DNA of 64,000 bases, from the NCBI GenBank assembly GCA_029863125.1, contig JAOTWB010000001.1:79605-143604 (forward strand). Direction: 5' to 3'. Source of the stretch: Gammaproteobacteria bacterium (GTDB taxonomy: Bacteria > Pseudomonadota > Gammaproteobacteria > Steroidobacterales > Woeseiaceae). The notes under the pieces were generated by a model. The model worked only from the letters and a program-made list of their open reading frames with translations. It was not told where the DNA came from and made no database searches. Positions 25,546 through 32,563 of the stretch are shown here, piece by piece (position 1 is the first letter of the stretch; each line of letters begins with the position of its first letter). A program made the translations under genes and the position numbers.

Positions 25546-26766
25546 CTAAGGCCTCTGCAATTCCTGCAGAATCCACTCGACGTAAACGCGCTCCGGGCGT
25601 TCCATTCCGGAGAACGGCCCGGGCCGATAGTATTTTGAATGCACGCCTTTCGAATTATTGACGATTATCTTTTTGTCAGCCTGCGTCGTGACATCCCAGA
25701 GCCAGGTCAAGGCATCGACGTCGTAGTCTTTGCCCTCCTCAGCATCACCGCGAACAAGCCAGTAGATTTCGCAGTTCGAGTTCTTGTGATCGACAGGCGT
25801 GAATACATAAGCGACGACGTGATCGCTGTAGGCCAGCAGAAACGAGAACGGGCCGAAAGTAAAGTCTGAAGCGCCGCCGTCATAGTCAGAAAAATCGCCG
25901 AGCAACGGCGCGACAGGGCCACCGTCTTCGCTGCCAGTCTTGTACTTGTCGAAGAGTGCCGTGCGGCTGTAGCCGAAGCCAATTTCACCGGGGCGCGCAG
26001 CCGTATCGACGTGATAAATATAAAGATCTTGCACGCCGCAGGCCGCCATTCGTGCCTTCATACTCCCCTGCACCCGTTCCCGCTTATCGGGATCGAGCAT
26101 CAACGTGTGCATGCGGGCGTACTCCGGGTGTGCCGTCGCGCAGTGGTAGCACTCCTGGTAGTTCTCGATCGACAGCTTCCAGTTCGCCGGAATGCCGTAG
26201 CTCTTCTGTGCCGCGACTTTAAGGTTGTCGAAATCGAACATCGCCATGGGCTCAGCCAGGTCCCGCTTGGCACCCTCGAGTGACGGAGGCGTATCTGTAA
26301 AACAAACGAAAATCAGTCCGTGGATGACGTCGACTGATACCGGAACGAGGCTGTGCGCCAGCATATCGAAGTCGTCGGGCATGTTTCGCGCCGCGAACAG
26401 CTTGCCATCGATGTCATACGTCCAGCCGTGGTACGGACAAGCAAACTTGTCTGCGTGGCCTTTTGGCTCCAGGCATACCAGCGAACCACGGTGACGACAA
26501 ACGTTGGCGAAGCCTTTCAGTTCGCCGCTCTTGCCGCGCACGATAATGGCCGACTCCCGCGCAACATTGAGGACCTTGAAATCGCCCGGCTCCGGCAGCT
26601 GCGATATGTGTCCTGCCAGTATCCAGTTGCGATTGATGATGCGCTCGAGTTCCAGCTCGTAGATGTCAGGGTCCGTATAAAAACGCTGATCCAGAGAATA
26701 CCCGGGCGTCTGTTCCGCGATCAGTTCCGCGATTGATCGCTTGTCTCCTTTGAGTACGGCACTCAT
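25546..26766 (-). CDS. Rieske [2Fe-2S] oxygenase alpha subunit (GbcA/Stc2-type N-demethylase-like)
   Basis: Rieske motif CRHRGSLVC...CPYHGWTY and a C-terminal catalytic domain with ECYHCATAHPEY. The first track M is a TTG at 26769; the ATG is at 26766. Confidence 0.8.
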   Translation of the reverse strand: MSAVLKGDKRSIAELIAEQTPGYSLDQRFYTDPDIYELELERIINRNWILAGHISQLPEPGDFKVLNVARESAIIVRGKSGELKGFANVCRHRGSLVCLEPKGHADKFACPYHGWTYDIDGKLFAARNMPDDFDMLAHSLVPVSVDVIHGLIFVCFTDTPPSLEGAKRDLAEPMAMFDFDNLKVAAQKSYGIPANWKLSIENYQECYHCATAHPEYARMHTLMLDPDKRERVQGSMKARMAACGVQDLYIYHVDTAARPGEIGFGYSRTALFDKYKTGSEDGGPVAPLLGDFSDYDGGASDFTFGPFSFLLAYSDHVVAYVFTPVDHKNSNCEIYWLVRGDAEEGKDYDVDALTWLWDVTTQADKKIIVNNSKGVHSKYYRPGPFSGMERPERVYVEWILQELQRP

Positions 26767-26932
26767 CAATTATCCCAGCATATGAAACGTCAATATCCTT
26801 ACTTTGCTACGATATCACAGCCGTTGTGATCTGCCCGACAGGGTCAATTCCCGATGACCTGGCGGCCACTACGGGTACATCCCCGCCAAGGGGGATATAC
26901 TGAGCGAAAAGCGGCCGTGACGCCGTGAAAAA

Positions 26933-27598
26933 ATGGGGAAACGCATGGTAGAGACTGCTCTCATTGGGCCATTGGCCGGACACGCTGAGTTTGACTCGTT
27001 GATCGCGAGACTTGCCGACGAATACGACGCCGATAAAGCCGAGGTGATACGCGCGCAGATTATCGACCAGTTTGCTGTTGAAGGCACCGTGTTCATATCG
27101 GACATGGCGAGCTTTTCCAGTACATCCCGAAAGCGCGGCGTATGCCATTTCCTGAAGTTGATTCATCGCGCCAGGCAAATAATTGCTCCAATCATCGCTG
27201 CTAACAACGGCAGATTACTTAAATGCGAGGCCGACAACTGCTATGCCTTCTTCAAAACGCCGGACGAGGCTATCCGGGCGAGCTTCGACATCAATGCAGC
27301 ACTGTTTGAATCGAATCGCGCATTTGAACTCGACGAGCATATTTTTCTGTCAGTGGGTATCGACTACGGCCGTGTATTACTCGTTGGCGACAAGGACTTT
27401 TTCGGGGATCCGGTAAATACCGCTTCGAAGCTCGGCGAAGATCTCGCCATCCACGCCGAGACCCTGGTAACCAAGCGCGCGCTCGAACACTCCAATTTTC
27501 GGGTCCCGGAGCTCGCCGAACGCATGGTGGCGCGAATATCAGATATAGAGATCAAGTACGTTCGACTCCCGATGACCGCAGAAACGGAGAGCTACTGA
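26933..27598 (+). CDS. stand-alone class-III adenylate/guanylate cyclase-homology domain protein
   Basis: 221 aa. Metal-Asp regions are VFISDMASFS and LKCEADNCYAFF. The text SVGIDYGRVLLVGDKDFFGDPVNTASKLGE matches the cyclase transition-state/dimer region. Confidence 0.7.
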   Translation: MGKRMVETALIGPLAGHAEFDSLIARLADEYDADKAEVIRAQIIDQFAVEGTVFISDMASFSSTSRKRGVCHFLKLIHRARQIIAPIIAANNGRLLKCEADNCYAFFKTPDEAIRASFDINAALFESNRAFELDEHIFLSVGIDYGRVLLVGDKDFFGDPVNTASKLGEDLAIHAETLVTKRALEHSNFRVPELAERMVARISDIEIKYVRLPMTAETESY

Positions 27599-27601
27599 TA
27601 C

Positions 27602-28858
27602 ATGGCCCAGGGTATCGACGACACGCAGGCGCTGCGGCAGATCCTCGAGGTCACGCGCAAGCTGGCTGCGCCTTTCGATCTCGATACGATGCTCGCCGAG
27701 GTTGTCGATGCCTCCCGCAAGGTGCTCAATGCCGACAGAGGCACTGTCTTTCTTTACGACAGCGAAGCCGACGAGCTCGTAGTGCGCGTCGGTACGGGGC
27801 TGGAGCAAATCCGTATCCCGGCCGATAAAGGCATCGTCGGCGAATCCGCGCAGACGCGAAAGCTCATTAACGTACCGGACTGTTACGCAGACGATCGCTT
27901 CAACCGTGACATAGACAGGCAATCTGGCTATCGCTCGCGTTGCATGTTGACCATCCCGTTGATTGGTTACGAAGACTCCCTCGTTGGTGTACTGCAGATA
28001 CTCAACAAGAAAAACGGCGTTTTCGACGACAAGGACGAATTCGTAGCCCAGGCGCTCGCCGCGCAGGCCGCCGTGGTACTGCATCGCGCCGCTGTCACGG
28101 AACAGATCATTGAGTCCGAACGCCTGGACCGGGAAATTACGGTCGCCCGCGACGTTCAAATGGGCACCTTGCCCAAGAGAATGCCGGAGATCAGGGGCTA
28201 CGAGTTTGGCGGCGCATTTGCACCGACCGACCAAACCGGGGGCGACCTTTACGATTTTGTGCCTCTCGACGACGAGCGCTTGTTCCTGTTGATGGGTGAC
28301 GCAACCGGGCATGGTATCGGTCCGGCGCTTAGTGCCACACAGGTTCGCGCCATGCTACGCGTAGCCATCCGGCTGAACTCGAGCCTCGATGACGCTTTTG
28401 TGCAAATCAATAATCAGCTCTGCGAGGACCTGCCCGACGACCGTTTTGTCACGGGGTTCTTCGGCCTGCTGGACGCAACGACCAACACGATAACGTTTCA
28501 CTCGGGCGGCCAGGGCCCAATCATGCACTTCCATGCACGACGCAATGAATACGACTGGCACGAAGCAACGACATTCCCATTAGGCTATATGCCGCAAACC
28601 GATCTGCATCAGGCAGTCGTCAAGACGCTGGAGCCAGGCGACGTGCTCGGCCTGATTTCCGATGGCATCTATGAGTATGAAAACGAATCCGGCCTGCAGT
28701 TCGGCCAGCAGGGTGTCATCAACATCATTGACAACAATCCTGACGCAAGTGCTCAGGAACTCGTGAATTTGATCATGCACGGCGCCAGGAAACACGGCGG
28801 CTCCGCCCCGCAGGCCGACGACATTACCATCGTGCTCGCGCGACGGCTTCCGGAGTAA
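27602..28858 (+). CDS. GAF domain + PP2C (SpoIIE/RsbU-type) serine phosphatase
   Basis: N-terminal GAF-like region of about 160 aa (LNADRGTVFLYD...GIVGESAQT...). PP2C motifs are GGDLYDF, MGDATGHGIGPAL, ISDGIYE and DDITIVL. Confidence 0.85.
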   Translation: MAQGIDDTQALRQILEVTRKLAAPFDLDTMLAEVVDASRKVLNADRGTVFLYDSEADELVVRVGTGLEQIRIPADKGIVGESAQTRKLINVPDCYADDRFNRDIDRQSGYRSRCMLTIPLIGYEDSLVGVLQILNKKNGVFDDKDEFVAQALAAQAAVVLHRAAVTEQIIESERLDREITVARDVQMGTLPKRMPEIRGYEFGGAFAPTDQTGGDLYDFVPLDDERLFLLMGDATGHGIGPALSATQVRAMLRVAIRLNSSLDDAFVQINNQLCEDLPDDRFVTGFFGLLDATTNTITFHSGGQGPIMHFHARRNEYDWHEATTFPLGYMPQTDLHQAVVKTLEPGDVLGLISDGIYEYENESGLQFGQQGVINIIDNNPDASAQELVNLIMHGARKHGGSAPQADDITIVLARRLPE

Positions 28859-28873
28859 CGCGTCCCGAACAAA

Positions 28874-29275
28874 ATGCACAGACAGTTCGCCAGAGATTAC
28901 GATTCCCTCGCCGCCATTTATGAGTTCGCGGAAGAGATTCTTGCGGCGAACGAGATTGGTGAGGCCGTCCGTTTCCCGGTACACCTCGCAATGGAAGAAC
29001 TGTTTACCAACATGGTGAAATACAGCCCGGATACCGACGGTGACATCGGCGTCGATGTTGTGGTTGAGGGAGGCGCTGTAACGGTTACGCTGACCGAAGA
29101 TGATGTCGATGAATTCGACGTCACCCGGCCCAGCGGTGCCGATACTACCTCCCCGCTTGCGGAGCGAACGCCCGGTGGACTCGGTCTACACCTGCTGCAC
29201 AATATCGTCGATAAACTCGAGTACGACTACCATAACCGACGAAGTAGAGTAATATTTACCAAGGAGTCAGGATAA
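28874..29275 (+). CDS. RsbW/SpoIIAB-type anti-sigma factor serine kinase (HATPase_c)
   Basis: 133 aa. N-box is MEELFTNMVKY and the G-box is TPGGLGLHLLHNIVD. Confidence 0.8.
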   Translation: MHRQFARDYDSLAAIYEFAEEILAANEIGEAVRFPVHLAMEELFTNMVKYSPDTDGDIGVDVVVEGGAVTVTLTEDDVDEFDVTRPSGADTTSPLAERTPGGLGLHLLHNIVDKLEYDYHNRRSRVIFTKESG

Positions 29276-29279
29276 CAAT

Positions 29280-29576
29280 ATGTTCGAAATCGACTACGGC
29301 GACGACGGGAAGATCAAGTGCAGCGGGCGATTGGACGCCTCGCAATGCGAAAAAGCACAGTCGTTCATGGACGACATCGCCGATACCCGGACACTGGATT
29401 TTTCCGGACTGGAATATATCTCCAGCGCCGGTCTGGGTATACTGCTAAAGACGCAGAAACGGCTGGCCGAGAGTGGCGCAGCGTTAAAAATAACCAACGT
29501 CAACAATCACATATACGACGTATTCCGCTATTCTGGCTTCAACGCCATTTTCGACATTAAAGCAAAAGAACAATAA
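29280..29576 (+). CDS. STAS-domain anti-sigma-factor antagonist (RsbV/SpoIIAA-like)
   Basis: 98 aa. Phospho-Ser context is LEYISSAGLGILL. AGGAG-like RBS. It starts 4 nt after the kinase gene. Confidence 0.8.
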   Translation: MFEIDYGDDGKIKCSGRLDASQCEKAQSFMDDIADTRTLDFSGLEYISSAGLGILLKTQKRLAESGAALKITNVNNHIYDVFRYSGFNAIFDIKAKEQ

Positions 29577-29621
29577 GTCGAATCTCGTCTTGACCAACTT
29601 TTTGCCGGGTCAGTTGTACGT

Positions 29622-30161
29622 ATGAGTAAGACAGACGATACAAACTTGATTGAGCGGTGTATTGGCGGTGACCGCAAGGCCTTTGAGATCTTGTTGGTGC
29701 AATACGAGAGACCCGTGTTTAACGCAGCGTTTCGCATGCTTGGCAGCAGGGATGACGCAATGGACGTCACCCAGACGGTTTTTCTAAAAGTTTTTGAGAA
29801 CATCGATCAGTATGACCCATCGCGCCGTTTTTTCAGCTGGATCTACCGAATCACGTTGAACGAGTCGATCAACTGGCTCGGCAAGGCGAAACGGTTACAG
29901 CCGCTGAAAAGTGAAGTGGTAGATGATGGCAAGAGTCTCGAACAGGAAATCGACAGTGCAAATCTCTCAAAGGACGTACAGGCAGCACTAATGGCCATCA
30001 ACCCCGACCAGAGAACCGTAATTGTTTTGAAGCATATCCTGGGATGCAGTTACGGCGAGATCGGAGAGATTCTCGAGATCCCTGAAAAAACAGTTAAATC
30101 GCGTCTTTATTCGGCGAGACAGCAGCTAAAAGACGTTCTGACAAGGACCGGCGCATATTAA
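29622..30161 (+). CDS. ECF (sigma-70 group 4) RNA polymerase sigma factor
   Basis: 179 aa. Region 2 is FEILLVQYERPVFNAAFRMLGSRDDAMDVTQTVFLKVF...FFSWIYRITLN. Region 4 is RTVIVLKHILGCSYGEIGEILEIPEKTVKSRLYSARQQL. Confidence 0.9.
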   Translation: MSKTDDTNLIERCIGGDRKAFEILLVQYERPVFNAAFRMLGSRDDAMDVTQTVFLKVFENIDQYDPSRRFFSWIYRITLNESINWLGKAKRLQPLKSEVVDDGKSLEQEIDSANLSKDVQAALMAINPDQRTVIVLKHILGCSYGEIGEILEIPEKTVKSRLYSARQQLKDVLTRTGAY

Positions 30162-30922
30162 TGGCTATTCTGCAAAAGTATCTGGACCTGATCAACGCCG
30201 ACATCGACGGTGAAATCGGCGACAGCGATCGGGCCGAATTACAGGCTTTCCTGGCCGAAAGTGCCCAGGGCCGCGCTCTACATCAAGAGCTTGCCTTGCT
30301 GTGTTCGACGCTCGATGACGTCGATACAATTGACCCGCCACCGCACATGCGGCACATGATCATGAACGCCGTGAAACCCATCCGGGCGATCCCCCAGTCC
30401 CAGGGCTACCTCAAAAAGCTATTCGCGATGCCGGCTCTGACGCACGCCATCACTTTTGCAGTGGGTGTTGTCCTTACGTTGAGCCTGCTGAGCTCCGGGC
30501 AGATTTCAACCCGGGCCTTCGACGATGTCACGGGACTCGTTGGTACGATCGCCGAACCCATCAGTGTCGGCGTTTCCAGCGCTGTGTCATTCGACAAGCC
30601 CGAAGTCGCAGGCAAAGTGTCACTGCGCCGCTCCGGCGCCATGCTCATCCTGGACATGGACCTCGTAGCCACAGCGCCCATCGAGATAGAGGCCGACTAC
30701 ACGGACAGAACGATCTGGTTTAACGGTTTTGCGCAGCTCGAGAGCACTGGCACCAGGATCTCGACCGAGACTGGCCGTGTAAGACTGGGCATAGAGGGCA
30801 AACGGCGCTTTGCCGTTTACCTGCAGAACAAGGCCGAAAGGGACACTACGATCAATTTGCGTTTTTTAGTGGATGGGAAAGTCGTGCACGAAGCGAACCT
30901 CGACTACACGCCCACCCGGTAG
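30161..30922 (+). CDS. putative single-pass membrane anti-sigma factor
   Basis: TAATG overlap with the sigma gene. It has a roughly 75-aa cytoplasmic helical N-terminus, one TM (AITFAVGVVLTLSLL) and a periplasmic domain of about 140 aa. No HxxxCxxC zinc motif is present. The call rests on position and topology only. Confidence 0.6.
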   Translation: MAILQKYLDLINADIDGEIGDSDRAELQAFLAESAQGRALHQELALLCSTLDDVDTIDPPPHMRHMIMNAVKPIRAIPQSQGYLKKLFAMPALTHAITFAVGVVLTLSLLSSGQISTRAFDDVTGLVGTIAEPISVGVSSAVSFDKPEVAGKVSLRRSGAMLILDMDLVATAPIEIEADYTDRTIWFNGFAQLESTGTRISTETGRVRLGIEGKRRFAVYLQNKAERDTTINLRFLVDGKVVHEANLDYTPTR

Positions 30923-31045
30923 GGTCCATGAAATGGTCTGCTTTTCAGGCAATTACGAATGGACACCAACCTTTTCATGCCTGGGATGTATTACCAGGTA
31001 GAACAGACAGTGAATAGCCCCGATGGGGCCAAAGGGGAAGACGAC

Positions 31046-32404
31046 ATGGCAACGAGTAACAAGGCAATTCCGCTAATCCTGGTCGGCGTTGCAGCACTCG
31101 CCGTAATAGCTTACTTCGGAATGAAATATCCGCCGGGCGGTGATGATGTTGCCGGTACGGTAGCTCCGGCCGAGCGCTATCGTGCAGAGCAGCCGGGCGC
31201 GGATGATATTGCACTCGGCGATACGGAGATTCAAAGCCTGTTGCAGACCGACTACATCGATCGGCTTATTCGCGACGATGATTTCGTCAAGTTAATGGGC
31301 AACGCCGCGTTTTCAGCAGCGCTCGGCAACGCCGATTTCGCAAGGGCTCTGGGTAATGCGGATTTCGCAAGAGCATTGGGTAACGCGGATTTCGCGAGAT
31401 CGTTGGGCAGTGCCGATTTCTCACGCGCTATCGGCAACGCCGATTTTTCAAGAGCCCTGGGTAACGCAGATTTCGCCAGAGCACTCGGCAATGCCGATTT
31501 CGCGCGCGCTCTCGGCAACGCAGACTTCGCAAAAGCCCTGGGTAGCGCAGACTTCTTGAGAGCACTCGGTAATGCTGACTTCTCGCGCGCACTAGGCAAC
31601 GCGGACTTTTCGAGAGCACTCGGTAACGCCGACTTTTCGAGAACGATCGGCAACGCGGACTTTTCGAGAGCACTCGGAAATGCCGATTTTGTGAGAGCAA
31701 TGGGCAACGCAGACTTTGCCAGAGCAATGGGCAATGCAGACTTTGTGCGGGCCCTGGGCAGTGCCGACTTTGTCCGGGCATTGGGAAGTGCGGACTTTGC
31801 AGCCGCGAGGGCGAATGCCGACTTTAACCGCGCAATGGGTAACGCGGACTTTGCGCGAGCCATGGATAACGCGGACTTTGCGCGAGCCCTGGGTAATGCG
31901 GACTTTGCGCGGGCTATGGGTAATGCGGACTTTGCGCGGGCTGTGGGTAACGCGGATTTTGCACGGGCTATGGGCAATGCAGACTTTGCGCGGGCTTTGG
32001 GTAGTGCAGACTTTGCGCGGGCTTTGGGTAGTGCAGACTTTGCCAGGGCTATCGGTAATGCCGACTTCTCACGTGCGCTCGGCAACGCAGACTTTGCCAG
32101 GGCTATCGGTAATGCCGACTTTGCCAGAGCACTCGGCAACGCAGACTTTGCACGAGCACTCGGTAACGCAGACTTTGCACGAGCACTCGGCAACGCAGAC
32201 TTTGCACGAGCACTCGGTAACGCAGACTTTGCACGAGCACTCGGTAACGCAGACTTTGCACGAGCACTCGGTAACGCAGATTTTGCAAGAGCGCTCGGTA
32301 ACGCAGACTTTGCACGAGCACTCGGTAATGCTCAGTTTGCGAGGGCTTTGGGTAATGCGCAATTCACGAACGCCCTAGCCAACCGTCAGTTTGCACGGGA
32401 GTAA
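31046..32404 (+). CDS. membrane-anchored nonapeptide-repeat protein (about 41 x GNADFARAL)
   Basis: The ATG at 31046 lies 7 nt after GGGGA (track start 30959 is also possible). One TM, AIPLILVGVAALAVIAYFGM, is followed by a short linker and then 368 aa of uninterrupted 9-aa repeats up to the stop codon. Confidence 0.75.
   Translation: MATSNKAIPLILVGVAALAVIAYFGMKYPPGGDDVAGTVAPAERYRAEQPGADDIALGDTEIQSLLQTDYIDRLIRDDDFVKLMGNAAFSAALGNADFARALGNADFARALGNADFARSLGSADFSRAIGNADFSRALGNADFARALGNADFARALGNADFAKALGSADFLRALGNADFSRALGNADFSRALGNADFSRTIGNADFSRALGNADFVRAMGNADFARAMGNADFVRALGSADFVRALGSADFAAARANADFNRAMGNADFARAMDNADFARALGNADFARAMGNADFARAVGNADFARAMGNADFARALGSADFARALGSADFARAIGNADFSRALGNADFARAIGNADFARALGNADFARALGNADFARALGNADFARALGNADFARALGNADFARALGNADFARALGNADFARALGNAQFARALGNAQFTNALANRQFARE
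31298..32401 (+). repeat. in-frame 27-nt tandem repeat array, 40 full units + 1 truncated
   Basis: I checked the unit register by hand. Unit 1 starts at 31298, unit 31 at 32108, and units 32-38 (32135..32323) are almost identical at the DNA level. The 5' units carry many synonymous differences. Confidence 0.95.
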
Positions 32405-32497
32405 ACGCCACAGAGGCCAAACTAGACAAAGACCAGAAGCACAATCGGGAATTCGGAAAATAACAAAAATAGCCTAAGGGCCTAGGCAAACAAGGAC

Positions 32498-32537
32498 AAT
32501 ACTGCGAACGGGGCCGTTCGCAGTATTTGTTCTTTTT
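32498..32537 (+). terminator. rho-independent terminator after the repeat-protein gene
   Basis: 13-bp perfect stem AATACTGCGAACG / CGTTCGCAGTATT with loop GGGC, followed by TGTTCTTTTT. Confidence 0.85.
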
Positions 32538-32563
32538 GCGCATGTCATTGGGGGAAACAGGAC

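Noticed and set aside
26814-26830. Inverted repeat ATCACA-gccgt-TGTGAT between the Rieske gene and the cyclase gene.
   Set aside because: The arms are only 6 bp and such repeats are expected by chance in a 160-nt gap. No second copy was seen.
29593-29622. The ACCAAC-N16-TGTAC element considered as an autoregulatory promoter of the ECF sigma gene.
   Set aside because: The -10-like element ends 2 nt before the only plausible ATG (29622), so transcripts would start inside the ORF. The sigma gene is more simply read as co-transcribed with the upstream STAS gene. The similarity is reported only as a weak finding.
31252-32378. Several long ORFs in other frames and on the opposite strand across the repeat array. 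Examples are 31252..32193 (minus strand, 313 aa, ALPSARAKS repeats) and 31716..32378 (plus strand, 220 aa).
   Set aside because: A stop-free 27-nt unit repeated about 40 times keeps every frame open automatically. Only the GNADFARAL frame has an RBS, a TM anchor, synonymous-site variation and a terminator.
31298-32401. The 27-nt repeat array considered as a possible CRISPR array.
   Set aside because: The units are directly contiguous with no spacers, are in frame inside an ORF, and no cas genes or leader are present.
31298-32401. The nonapeptide repeats considered as RTX calcium-binding or pentapeptide-repeat family members.
   Set aside because: The consensus GNADFARAL does not fit GGxGxDxUx because the Gly/Asp spacing differs. 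The period is 9, not 5. I keep only the structural analogy as a hypothesis.
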